DNA of 64,000 bases from Takakia lepidozioides (Eukaryota; Plantae; Bryophyta). Location of the stretch: NCBI GenBank assembly GCA_030704615.1, contig CM060731.1, positions 56,048,001 to 56,112,000 on the forward strand, written 5' to 3'. Shown here piece by piece: positions 22,468 to 34,430 of this stretch. A program made the translations under genes and the position numbers. The notes under the pieces were generated by a model. That model made no database searches. It was given only the letters and a program-made list of their open reading frames with translations, and was not told the DNA's origin. Position 1 is the stretch's first letter. Each line of letters opens with the position of its first letter.

Positions 22468-23458
22468 TGTTAGAGGACGGTAGGGGACTTAGACACTTAT
22501 ACGGGATCTGTAGGGTACCCTTAATTTTTGCACAGACTGAGACAAACAGGAACCTTAGGGGTGACAGCAGCGCACTGTAGAGGGGGGTTACATAGCCCAC
22601 ACAGCCGACACAGCAGTCACAGCCCACACAGTCGTCACAGTCCACACAGCCGTCACAGTCGACACAGCCCACACAGCCGTCACAGTCGTCACAGCCCACA
22701 CAGCCCACACAGCCCGTCACAGTCGTCACAGCAGACACAGCCCACACAGCCAGTCACAGCCCGGCACAGCCACACAGCCAGTCACAGCCCGACACAGCCA
22801 AACACAGCCAGTCACCGCTTGACACAGCTGTCACGATAATAGGGAACGAAGAGTAGGACAGGGAACGACTGTGGGGAACAACACCAGTGAAGGGAACATG
22901 TTAGTTCACATACGACGGTTAGAGAGGGAAACGGTTAGAACCGCGGATAGGAGGATAAAGGGAAGAACGGGGAATGATGAAGGGATGATTATGATCATTA
23001 TTCGGGAAGGACTTCGGAGACAGGCGGGAGCGGAGATCGGAGAGCACGATGAAGGAGAAAAGAGGATTAGTAGATGCTTGTTATATGCAAAGCTATAGTG
23101 ATATAGGAAAGAAGAATAGAGACATAATGGCTTCGGCCTGATACCTGATAAATCATAATCTGATACTTATACGATACAATCACACTGTGTAGAGAGATCT
23201 GAGTGAAGCTGTGGATTGAATGGATGAGTGAAGGAAACCGATAGATTGATGAAGCAAAATGATACTTAATTATCAATGGTAAGGTAGCTAAGATGAATGC
23301 GGAAAGGGAAACAAATAGGAAACACCCCCATGATACACTGGCTGTAGGTCATGACTGATTGTTCTGCGCGGGCTGAGTACTTAGAGATTTCCAACTCTTC
23401 TATCTTGGAGTTTCCGCCTCGGATAGCGAAGGGATGGGTGAGTAAAAGCCGCGCGACA
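22468..23458 (+). repeat. 3' LTR (991 bp)
   Basis: Direct repeat of 11169-12237; shorter mainly in the CACAGCC array. Confidence 0.96.
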
Positions 23459-23765
23459 GCAACCACCTTACTCCGGACAATCATGCTGGCTACGCGCAAC
23501 CGGCTGTCAAATACGGGGGACTGATGGACGCGGCGAAGCAGCCCTTCTTCCATTATGGCCAAGCGGTGATGGAGGAGAGATGAAAGAAGCTGCAGCAGAA
23601 GTTGGAGGGCAGCACGCGCTTCGCTTTGCCTGATTATGACCCCTTACACTGTTCCTTCTTGGGAAAGATGTTTCGGCCCAACCCAGCTTTTGTATGGCTG
23701 CGTTGTAAGGAGGAAGAAGACTGTCAGGAATTGCTTCGCCAACACCGCATTGTATCCCGTGCAAA
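23459..23765 (+). pseudogene. TAR: TAA1/TAR aminotransferase, 3' part after the LTR insertion (truncated)
   Basis: FFHYGQAVMEER*KKL...CSFLGKMFRPNPAFVWLRCKEEEDCQELLRQHRI matches the TAR C-terminal region; TGA at 23581. Confidence 0.85.
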
Positions 23766-24535
23766 CCCAGATTCCAGTGAGCTCAAGTCACCCTTCATTT
23801 CTTGATGGCATTGCTCCCCTCTGGCAGGCGCATAGATTACAAAACTGCTACACCTGCTTACTCATCCCCTGCCTTCATTGCTTGCTGCATCAGTATTGAT
23901 CCCATGCACATCTTTCTAACTAATGATTACCTGAACACAGATAATCGTTTCTCTCACTTTCAAAACAAAAACCACAAGTGCTAAAACTAAACTCACCTCT
24001 GGCACTCACAGATGCAAGCTCATCTCTCTCGAGTGATAAGAAAGAACTAAACTCAAATAATAAGAGAAACACAAAACACAACACCATCACTCTTTAAAAT
24101 AATAGTCGAGCCAGGGGCACCCCAAGCTATGGGGACTCCACCCCACAACAACCTATCCTCCCTTCATAAGCACACTCAGGTTTTGAACAGTGAAGGAGCT
24201 CGGTCGTGCAGGCTCAACTCGAGAGAGATGAGCCGCACGACTGACGCTCTCGTGAAGATAAGACGGTTCAGGTGTCAAACTAAACTTGACACCTGATTTA
24301 ACACTAAATCCAAGTGTTAAATACAAATAACTAGATTTATTCTAGTTAGTTTCACACTGTGTTTATTTAACTTGACATAGCACTTCTTCTTCGACTAAAT
24401 AGATCAGAACATCTCCAATGTTAGGCTCATCAGGAATCAGTGTGTGGTCATGCCCTGCCCTGGACCTCACTCAAAGCAAATGAGCCAATTCAACAATCCC
24501 AATGGCACCAAGCAAAAGCACACCAGAACGAACAG

Positions 24536-24547
24536 GCTCTGATACCA
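24536..24547 (-). promoter_or_regulatory. Orphan tRNA-iMet primer binding site (LTR-retroelement relic)
   Basis: The minus strand reads TGGTATCAGAGC; no adjacent LTR end was recognised. Confidence 0.5.
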
Positions 24548-26299
24548 AAAGAGGGCCTCCATGTAAAATCTAGAAGCACTACACATTCAGAATTTCCAAC
24601 CAATGGTTCATACACAACTGTTGCAACGGAAAGGAATACAGTCATGACATATTTCTCTATTGCTCTTGCAGAAAGTTGTGATTGCATATGCCCAAGTGTT
24701 CCTCCTTTCTTCGTAGCTAATATCCACAGTTTATGCATTGCCCGTGAGTGTCAGCAAATACAATTTCCCTTATGGCTATAATTCCCTTTTTGTCATGTGA
24801 TCACACTGTGCAGCATCCTACCCGGCCTCTCTCTCTCTAATTTTATCTCTGTCATCTTACGTTCATTATCGGACATTCACAAGGTGTATATATTCTATGA
24901 TCAGCCTTGCAGCATTGAGGGCATGAGCCATCATAAGAGTCCGCCTTTTACTTTCATGAGAATCAGCTTAGCACTCACCAGACAGGACGACAATGAAAGT
25001 ACCCGCTCTCAGTCTACATACCATTCACCCACCAGGAGAGACATCCTGAAATATCAGCTTGACAAACATTCATGAGCCTTCATATTTTCTCACTGACCAT
25101 ACCAAAGGAGAAGTCCTAGGACGTACCCTACCCCTTTACTGCTGACCCTCATGCACACTGACTCTATCTCTCTCTTTTTCTCAAAACAGATAAGAATGTA
25201 ATTACAACACGACCCAAGAGGCAATGCAACTCTGCTTCACATTCATACTTTTGAAATCAAGGCCTAGGCATTGATCTAGTTCAACATTCTCAAAGTCCCC
25301 CCCCCTCTACACATCATTGTCTTGCCAATCTCATTCTCCAAACTTCTTCTCCATCATGCCTAAGTCCACACTCAGTCTCTCCTCCAGTCTCTCCTCCAAA
25401 GCCTCATCTCTCAAAAACCAAGAAGCCCCTCCCTCTGCCTCACTTAAAATATTCCTCTCCTGTCATCATCATCCCGCTTCTTCTTGTTGGTCACCCAATC
25501 TGTCCCCATAAAACCATTTCTACCCTACTTCCCACAGCTGAGCCTTCTACAGTTGACCCTGGATAAATGTTACCTGTTTTTTTTGTTATATCATCACAAT
25601 GTTATGATTTTCTGACTCTATAAAAATATACACTAAGAATGACAAAAAGAGTGTTATTTGTTATTGAATACCTACTCTCCTCTTTTTTAAAACACCTCTG
25701 TAATTGTTACATTCAATATACACCTCTAAACTAGTTGGATCAAATAAGGAGTAATCCATTCTGGCCACTAACAAATCACCTCCATGAATAACAGCCCCTA
25801 AAGTTGGTAACACACTCACTTAACATTCAGTTAAGTAAGGTTAACACCAATGTTGGTTTGGTATCTTGAATTGGAAATACCAGAAGGGTCCTGGTATGCA
25901 GTGCTAATTTTTCTTAAGGCAGGTAGGTTTTCCAATATTGAAGGACCCGTTTTAATGTTAAATTTCTAATTGTTACATTATGAAATTTTAACCTGTTTAA
26001 TTGTTATTTAATATAAGTGCCTAATTGTTATAGAGTCTATACTCTTGGAGCATAACAATTATCCATGTAAATTGAAGAGATCACGCTTGGCCCTAAATTA
26101 TGATCACCGTCAAGCATAAAGACTCACCGCATTTCCCTACATAATCCTCCTACCGTCACTTCCTATAGCTGATTTCCAGATTTGAAAACACGAAGGACTG
26201 CCCTAAGTGATCACCGCCACGCATAAAGGCTCGCCGCAACACCGATACACTCCCTCTGAGCAAGAGGCTGAGGCATTCAAAACACTGTTGGCTTCGCAG

Positions 26300-26582
26300 C
26301 AATGTTTTTTTCTGGAATTTGAAAAAAAGCGCGAGTGGCTACAGAGATTGGCAAAAAATAGCCGTACATTCTGTTCATCCATTGAAATTAGGACAGAATC
26401 ATCCATTTCCGTACATAAATCCATTTATCTCATCCATATTTGGCAAATTCATCCATAATTTATTTTTCATTTGGAGAAATTTGGCGATTTCATCCATGAA
26501 AAAACAGGGAATTTGCGACAGAATATTCCCTTTTTTTTTGAGGTCGAAATTTGGCGAAAATTCGCCAGCAAAAAAAACGCTG
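26300..26582. mobile_element. hAT-type MITE (283 bp)
   Basis: Imperfect TIRs CAATGTTTTTTT.CTGG / CCAGCAAAAAAAACGCTG, flanked by an 8-bp TSD CTTCGCAG (26292-26299 and 26583-26590). Confidence 0.75.
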
Positions 26583-28775
26583 CTTCGCAGCAGAGCTTCT
26601 TCATCACGAGACAATGCATGGCTCAAGAGCTCATACGATACCAGCCAGGTCGTGCTAGATAGGCGTGAATGGATGACAAGAGTCACATCATTAGTGCTGC
26701 ACAAAAAATCATCCATCACTTATAACAAAATGTCACAAAATAATTGGAAAATGCAAGTCCACATCCTTGCCTAGGTACCCCAATTCGTTTGGGAAGGTCA
26801 GGCAACCCGACACTGTGGGAAGTGCGAATCAGTGGGGCCGCAGGAGGCGCTAGCGTAGAAGTAGGAAGGTCGATGGGAGGTAGACATCTCACCCTCCTTC
26901 TACTTCTAGAGCTTTCCAGATGCAGCAAGATGAGGCGGTGGGTACGTCCATTTTGGCATACCAGACTGGCTGGTAGGTCCAACTGGGTCCAACTGATAGG
27001 GCCCAGTGTAGATTAGGACTGGCCAAGGTAACTTAGATCATATGATGGGTATCCGTATTTCCAATTTTGAGATACCTGCTCCTAATGGGGATGTCAAGAA
27101 CTCAAATGATATACTAGGGCATCATGTACAATGGTATGGTATACCCCAACATTCATCATACTCCATTCAAAGCTGAAAAAAAAACCAGATATACAAAAGG
27201 TAAAAGAAAATTGCAATCACAAAGCCGATATGCTCAATCTTTTGTGCTTCCCCACATCGAAGATCCAACCGCAAAAATGAAACCCCTCCCATAGCAAACA
27301 GAACACGGTGCACCCTAACGCCATAACTGCTACCCCTCCCATCTAGAATCCCCCCCTAAGTACTGTTTGCAATGACAATATTGCTCTGCAAGCTACTATG
27401 ACTGGTATGGGGTATGTTTGGAACCCTATAAGTTCTACATACACCCAGGGTATAGGCTACATGACACACCAACGGGGTTGGTTCTGGCATACCCTTACAT
27501 ACACCCTGGCACATACCCCACCCGACTGGCACATACCATTACAACACCGGTTAGTACCTATTTTAGCGGGCTCTGCACACGCAGGGCCCAAAGACATGCT
27601 GGCTGAAAAACATGCAAATATGAACCATGAACCATAGTTAATTAATAGAACAGCTGGCTGAGATGAAGCAAGCCCCCTAGGGATAAAACCGCAAGTTCGT
27701 GTTCAAAATAGTTGATGGTTCTTATGCGCTAAAGGAGTGAGCGGCACTGTAGATGATGAGAAAGAAGGGTAGTTAGAGACCAACCGAGGTGGTGCCGCGG
27801 AGACTGTTTTAGACCAAAAGAACGCAACGTGGAGATGTCGAGCAGTAAATACCCTGGATTGTGTGAGAGATTTACTAACGGGATTGGTCACTTGGCCACC
27901 CAGTGAATCCGAGCATGGGTTGTATGAACATCATGGATTATGATGCGATGAGAGAAGTGGAAACAATAGATTTGTACACGATGTGTCACCTGTCTTTGCG
28001 TAGTCATTGCATAGCGTGAACGCTGTAAGTTGTGAGCAAGGTTCAGACAGATCTCAGAGTACTGAATATGTAGAAATACTCAGAAATGCCGGCCTTGAGA
28101 GTGCATGACAGACTAGTTTAGAATATGATTGAAATCAACCACTAAGGTGTAATGAGCGCGAGCATCTAGACAGCAACGGCGAACTGTGAATTGTCACTGT
28201 GGGCAGAGATTGGTAGAATACAGAGTCGTGAGGACTGCCTGCAGTGAAATCTAGGGAAGCGTTGATCAGATTAACACCGTTGAACATGGTGTAGCTCAGT
28301 GAGGGATGGCAAAGTGCAGGTGCTTGGACGCGTGGCCTACACGGGATAGTATCTCGCACAATCATGCACAAATGAACAGGGAGTCCCTTAGGGGATGAAG
28401 CATGTGTTAAGTGAAAGTCGGGTGTGGCCGCCCATGTCGTTTTCTCTTCCGCTGCAGCGACATGATGCGGTCGCATTGGACTGACAGGGTGAATAGTTCT
28501 CATGGTGGGAAGAAGTAGTGCCCCCAAATTTTACCTTATAAGATCAACGTCAAAACTCTGGGGATTCTAAATTCATCACTAGCCTTCCATCCAAAACACT
28601 AGGGTAAGTTGGCCTATGACCGGCGTCTATGACCAATCCTTGATGACTCAACAGTACAGAAATGCGCTCATCAGTACGTCAAGGTCAAACTCTGAGGAAT
28701 TGGTGGATGATCTGAGTAGCTACACAGATCAATGAATGAAGCAAGACACTCGCATCTTTCCAAGAAAACATCCTT

Positions 28776-31700
28776 TCACCAGTAATCCCCACAAGAACAA
28801 ATCCCATCTTCAAAGTGGTGAAAGCGGTTAGCATCCCGTAAAACAATTGCTCGGCCAACAATCTTTGAGATGAATTTGGTGGAGGTGTGGCAGTCACCAC
28901 ACACTCGAAGATTCTTGATGAGACGGAGAGGCGTCCTAGGGGTCGTGCTGATCAGCCCAAAACCAATGGCCAGCTTCTCACTGTGGTGGCAAAGAGAAAA
29001 TTCCTTTTCCTCCTCCCCCACATCATGCAATACAAAGCGCGTGTCAGGCACATACCCCACCTCCTTCATCTGCCCAGACAATCTTCTCAGCTCAGCATGG
29101 ATTTCCTTAATTCTGGGATGCATCTTGTCATCTACAACGAAGGTGTGCACCCTGTTGCCAACCTCAATACAGCAGCGACCTGGCTCCTTTCTAACCCCTC
29201 TGACCTTCATCATTCTTCTCACCTTTGCAGTATCATCCCACCTGCCAGCTGCAGCATAGATGTTTGAGAGCAACACGTAAGTCGCGGCATCCTGTTCATC
29301 CCACGTGAGGATAGATGTTGCCGCACGTTCAGCCATCTCCACATTGCCATGGATTCTGCAGGCACCAAGCAAGGCCTTCCACACCACAGCATCTGGATTG
29401 ATTGGCATTTTATTAATCAGGTCCACTGCCTCATCCAGTTGTCCCGCACGTCCAAGAAGGTCCACCATGCAGCCAAAGTGCTTTACTGTCGGAGTGACAC
29501 CATGATCTTGACTCAGGGAATCAAAGTAGCGTCTTCCTTCATTCAGTAGGCCAGCGTGGCTGCATGCAGAGAGAACAGATATAAAGGTGATACTGTCTGG
29601 CTTCAAGCCGTTCTTTGGCATTCCTTCAAATAGTTGCACGACCTCCCTATGATAACCATGCCGTGCATATCCTGCGATCATCGCGTTCCACGACACCACA
29701 TTTCGTTCAGCCATGTTGTCGAACACTCCCTTTGCATCCTCGATGCACCCACATTTCGCATACATGTCCACGAGGGTATTGTTCAGAATCACATCTGGTA
29801 CAATTCCAGCTTTGACGATGCAACCATGCACCTCTTTGCCCTTTTCCAGGGCTGCCAGGCTTGCACACGCACTGCAAACGCACACAAACGTGATGTGGTC
29901 GGGCTTCACCCCTTCCCCCATCATTTGCTCATACGTCTCCAAAGCCTCCATCCCGCGCCCCTGCTGTGCATATCCTGCGACCATCGCGTTCCACGACACC
30001 ACATTTCGTTCAGCCATATTGTCGAACACTCCCTTTGCATCCTCGATGCACCCACATTTCGCATACATGTCCACGAGGGTATTGTTTAGAATCACATCTG
30101 GTACAATTCCAGCTTTGGCGATGCAACCATGCACCTCTTTGCCCTTTTCCAGGGCTGCCAGGCTTGCACACGCACTGCAAATGCACACAAACGTGATGTG
30201 GTCGGGCTTCACCCCTTTCCCCATCATTTGCTCATATGTCTCCAAAGCCTCCATCCCGCGCCCCTGCTGTGCATATCCTGCGATCATTGCGTTCCACGAC
30301 ACCACATTTCGTTCAGCCATATTGTCGAACACTCCCTTTGCATCCTCGATGCACCCACATTTCGCATACATGTCCACGAGGGTATTGTTCAGAATCACAT
30401 CTGGTACAATTCCAGCTTTGGCGATGCAACCATGCACCTCTTTGCCCTTTTCCAGGGCTGCCAGGCTTGCACATGCACTGCAAACGCACACAAACGTGAT
30501 GTGGTCGGGCTTCACCCCTTCCCCCATCATTTGCTCATATGTCTCCAAAGCCTCCATCCCGCGCCCCTGCTGTGCATATCCTGCGATCATTGCGTTCCAC
30601 GACACCACATTTCGTTCAGCCATATTGTCGAACACTCCCTTTGCATCCTCGATGCACCCACATTTCGCATACATGTCCACCAGGGCATTGTTCAGAATGA
30701 CATTTGGTACAGTTCCAGCTTTGGCAATGTCGCCATGGACCTCTTTGCCCTTTTCCAGGGCTGCCAGGCTTGCACATGCACTGCAAACGCACACAAACGT
30801 GATGTGGTCGGGCTTCACCCCTTCCCCCATCATTTGCTCATACGTCTCCAAAGCCTTCATCCCACGCCCCTGCTGACCATACCCAGCGATCATCGTGTTC
30901 CACGACACCACATTTCGTTCAGCCATATTGTCGAAAACTCGCTTTGCATCCTCCATGCACCCACATTTCGCATACATGTCCACGAGGGCATTGTTCAGGA
31001 TGACATTTGGTACAGTTCCAGCTTTGGCAATGTCGCCATGGACCTCTTTGCCCTTTTCCAGGGCTGCCAGGCTTGCACACGCACTGCAAACGCACACATA
31101 CGTGATGTGGTCGGGCTTCACCCCTTCCCCCATCATTTGCTCATACGTCTCCAAAGCTTCCATCCTGCGCCCCTGCTGTGCATACCCTGCGATCATTGCG
31201 TTCCACGACACCACATTTCGTTCAGCCATATTGTCGAACACTCGCTTTGCATCCTCGATGCACCCACATTTGGCATACATGTCCACCAGGGCAGTGTTGA
31301 GGATGACATCTGGTGCAATTCCAGCTTTGGTGATGCAACCATGCACCTCTTTGCCCTTTTCCAGGGCTGCCAGGCTTGCACAAGCATTGCAAACGCACAC
31401 AAATGTGATGTGGTCGGGCTTCACCCCTTCCCCCATCATTTGCTCATACGTCTCCAAAGCCTCCATCCCGCGCCCCTGCTGTGCATATCCTGCGATCATC
31501 GCGTTCCATGACACCACATTTCGTTCAGCCATATTGTCGAACACTCCCTTTGCATCCTCGATGCACCCACATTTGCAATACATGTCCACCAGGGCAGTGT
31601 TCAGGATGACATTTGGTACAATTGCAGCTTTGGCGATGTCGCCATGGATCTCTTTGCCCTTTTCCAGGGCTCCCAGGCTTGCACACGCATTGCAAACACA

Positions 31701-32186
31701 AACAAATGTGATGTGGTTTGGCTTCACCCATTCGCAAATCATTTGCTCATAGGTCTCCAAAGCATTCCTACCACACCCATGCTTGGTAAATCCTGCCAAC
31801 ATTATATTCCACGTGATCAAAGATCGTTGAGGCATTCTGTTGAACACTTGGTGAGCATCCATGATGCTCCCGCACTTAACATACATGTTGACCAGGGTGT
31901 TGAGTAGAAAAACATTTGGCATGAATCCACTTTGGATAATGTGAGTGTGCACCTGCTTTCCAGCTTCCAGGCCTTTCATCTTGATGCACTTATGCAAGAG
32001 AAAGACATACGTATCTGAATCTGCTGAAATGCCTCCTTGGTTTAAAGTCTGTAGAGCCTCTTTCATTCTGCCTGCCTCACAAAGCATCTTCACATGCCCA
32101 GAAGTGCCAGAAGAAGCATTGTGGACTCCCGCTCTTGATCCTCTTCCAGAAGCCGTGGTCATGGTTGAGGTGCCTGATTTTATCAA
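28776..32186 (-). CDS. Intact PLS-class PPR protein with E1-E2-DYW cytidine deaminase domain (organellar C-to-U editing factor type)
   Basis: About 26 PPR motifs (L-S, 7x P-L-S, P2-L2-S2), E1/E2, PG box PGRCCIEV, HSEKLA, CGDCH and a terminal DYW. The track start is TTG; the first ATG is ~32163. Confidence 0.96.
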   Translation of the reverse strand: MIKSGTSTMTTASGRGSRAGVHNASSGTSGHVKMLCEAGRMKEALQTLNQGGISADSDTYVFLLHKCIKMKGLEAGKQVHTHIIQSGFMPNVFLLNTLVNMYVKCGSIMDAHQVFNRMPQRSLITWNIMLAGFTKHGCGRNALETYEQMICEWVKPNHITFVCVCNACASLGALEKGKEIHGDIAKAAIVPNVILNTALVDMYCKCGCIEDAKGVFDNMAERNVVSWNAMIAGYAQQGRGMEALETYEQMMGEGVKPDHITFVCVCNACASLAALEKGKEVHGCITKAGIAPDVILNTALVDMYAKCGCIEDAKRVFDNMAERNVVSWNAMIAGYAQQGRRMEALETYEQMMGEGVKPDHITYVCVCSACASLAALEKGKEVHGDIAKAGTVPNVILNNALVDMYAKCGCMEDAKRVFDNMAERNVVSWNTMIAGYGQQGRGMKALETYEQMMGEGVKPDHITFVCVCSACASLAALEKGKEVHGDIAKAGTVPNVILNNALVDMYAKCGCIEDAKGVFDNMAERNVVSWNAMIAGYAQQGRGMEALETYEQMMGEGVKPDHITFVCVCSACASLAALEKGKEVHGCIAKAGIVPDVILNNTLVDMYAKCGCIEDAKGVFDNMAERNVVSWNAMIAGYAQQGRGMEALETYEQMMGKGVKPDHITFVCICSACASLAALEKGKEVHGCIAKAGIVPDVILNNTLVDMYAKCGCIEDAKGVFDNMAERNVVSWNAMVAGYAQQGRGMEALETYEQMMGEGVKPDHITFVCVCSACASLAALEKGKEVHGCIVKAGIVPDVILNNTLVDMYAKCGCIEDAKGVFDNMAERNVVSWNAMIAGYARHGYHREVVQLFEGMPKNGLKPDSITFISVLSACSHAGLLNEGRRYFDSLSQDHGVTPTVKHFGCMVDLLGRAGQLDEAVDLINKMPINPDAVVWKALLGACRIHGNVEMAERAATSILTWDEQDAATYVLLSNIYAAAGRWDDTAKVRRMMKVRGVRKEPGRCCIEVGNRVHTFVVDDKMHPRIKEIHAELRRLSGQMKEVGYVPDTRFVLHDVGEEEKEFSLCHHSEKLAIGFGLISTTPRTPLRLIKNLRVCGDCHTSTKFISKIVGRAIVLRDANRFHHFEDGICSCGDYW
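29670..31760 (-). repeat. Intragenic tandem array of 303-bp (101-aa P-L-S) units
   Basis: Near-identical units recur every 303 nt. Confidence 0.92.
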
Positions 32187-34430
32187 CTGTGCCGCTGCAG
32201 CTGTTGCCTTTGGTTGACCATCTACCCATGCAGGTTTCTTGTAGCTATCCTTCCACAGGGAATCATAGGTAATCTTGTGCTTGAAATCTGGCCCTCTTGA
32301 ATGAATCTGGACTCACACTCCATCCCTGCTCCTTCAGCTATCCATGCCCCTGCACAAATCATGCATACATTCTTGCCTTGCTGCTAGCAGCTGACAATGA
32401 CAGCCTAGATTTGTTCTAGGAAACACCCAACTCAGCTTATCACACTAGTTCCTATGCTGAATTGCGGCTACTCTCTGTAATCTAACAGGCATTCACCTTT
32501 TGGCCTCGGTTGTCCCACCATTGACTGGGGTCAGAAAAGCATTCATTCCACAGCTTCTCCTCATCTCTGTTACCTGTTTCTCGATACTTTCCTGTTGTCA
32601 CATTGGCAGTATCATGTCAAAGTCACTCCAAACTAGATTCACTCAACCAGCTAACTTGCAGAATTCAACATGGAATTTAGGGCCAGTTCTGATAAGAGGG
32701 AAAAACAGGGTGAAATGTGTTGAAGAAGGTGCCTTCATTAGCAGTGCCTGATTTTATCAATTGTGCCGCTGCTGCTGCGGCTTCCAGTTGACCATCTACC
32801 CATGCAGGTTTCTTGTAGCTCTCCTTCCCCAGGGAAGCATAGGTAATCTTGTGCTTGAAATCTGGCCCTCCTGGATGAATCTGGACCCACACTCCATCCC
32901 TGCTCCTTCAGCTATCCATGCCCCTGCACAAATCATGCATACATCCTTGCCTTGCTGCTAGCGGCTGACAATGACAGCCTAGATTTGTTCTAGGAAACAC
33001 CCAACTCAGCTTATCACACTAGTTCCTATGCTGAATTGCGTCTGCTACTCTCTGTAATCTAACAGGCATTAACCTTTTTGCCTCGGTTGTCCCACCATTG
33101 ACTGGGGTCGGAAAAGTATTCATTCCACAGCTTCTCCTCATCTCTGTTACCTGTTTTTCGATACTTTCCTGTTGTCACATTGGCAGTATCATGTCGAAGT
33201 CACTCCAAACTAGATTCACTCAACCAGCTAACTTACAGAATTCAACATGGAAATTTAGGGCCGGTTCTGATAAGAGGGGAAAACAGGGTGAAATGTGTTG
33301 AAGAAGGTGCCTTCATTAGCAGTGCCTGATTTTATCAATTGTGCCGCTGCCGCTGCAGCTTCCAGTTGACCATCTACCCATGCAGGTTTCTTGTAGCTAT
33401 CCTTCCACAGGGAATCATAGGTAATCTTGTGCTTGAAATCTGGGCCTCTTGGATGAATCTGGACCCACACTCTATCCCTGCTCCTTCAGCTATCCATGCG
33501 TCTGCACAAATCATGCATACATCCTTGCCTTGCTGCTATTCTAGGAAACACCCAACTCACTTATCACACCAGTTCCTATGCTCAATTGCATCTGCTACTC
33601 TCTATAATCCAGGCATTCACCTTTTTGCCTCGATTGTCCCACCATTGACTGGGGTCAGAAAAGTATTCATTCCACAGCTTCTCCTCATCTCTGTTATCTG
33701 TTTCTGGATACTTTCCTGTTGTCACATTCGGAGTATCATGTAAAAGTCACTCCAAACTATCAAAGGTTCACTCAACCAGCTAACTTGCAGAATTAAACAT
33801 GAGAATTTAGGGCCGAATCTGAAAAACAGGGTGAAATGTGTTGGAGAAGGTGCCTCCATTAGCAGTGCCTGATTTTGTCAATTGTGCCGCCGCTGCTGCG
33901 GCTTCCAGTTGATCATCTACCCATGCAGGTTTCTTGTAGCTATCCTTCCACAGGGAATCGTAGGTAATCTTGTGCTTGAAATCTGGCCCTCTTGGATGAA
34001 TCTGGACCCACACTCTATCCCTGCTCCTTCAGCTATCCATGCGTCTGCACAAATCATGCATACATCCTTGCCTTGCTGCTAGCAGCTGATGACAGCCTAG
34101 ATTTGTTCTAGGAAACACCCAACTCAGCTTATCACACTAGTTCCTATGCTGAATTGCGTCTGCTACTCTCTGTAATCTAACAGGCATTCACCTTTTTGCC
34201 TCGGTTGTCCCACCACTGACTGGGGTCAGAAAAGTATTCATTCCACAGCTTCTCCTCATCTCTGTTATCTGTTTTTGGATCCTTTCCTGCTGCCACATCG
34301 GCAGTAACTTGTCAAAGTCACTCCAAACCACCACAGATCCACCCAACGAGCTAACTTACAGAATTCAATATGCAAATTCAGGGCCGAGTCTGATGAGAGG
34401 GCAAAACAGGCTGAAATAGGTGGAAGAAGA
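32170..34430 (-). repeat. About four tandem copies (~540-580 bp) of the PPR gene 5' leader/N-terminus
   Basis: GTGCCTGATTTT(A/G)TCAA.TGTGCCGC recurs at ~32170, 32744, 33322 and 33865. Each copy encodes ..PAWVDGQ..AAAAQLIKSGT. Confidence 0.88.

Larger units (their letters stand above)
11169..23458 (+). mobile_element. Full-length Ty3/gypsy (non-chromovirus-type) LTR retrotransposon with extra 5' and 3' ORFs
   Basis: Paired LTRs with TG...CA ends, 5-bp TSD GCAAC (11164-11168 / 23459-23463), PBS, PPT, and gag-PR-RT-RH-INT order. Confidence 0.96.

Noticed and set aside
28776-29200. U-to-C (KP-type) DYW variant
   Set aside because: The domain has the PG box, HSEKLA and terminal DYW of the standard C-to-U type.
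29615-31752. Long plus-strand ORFs (387, 460 and 285 aa; also 43168-44307)
   Set aside because: Antisense shadows of the repetitive PPR coding sequence.
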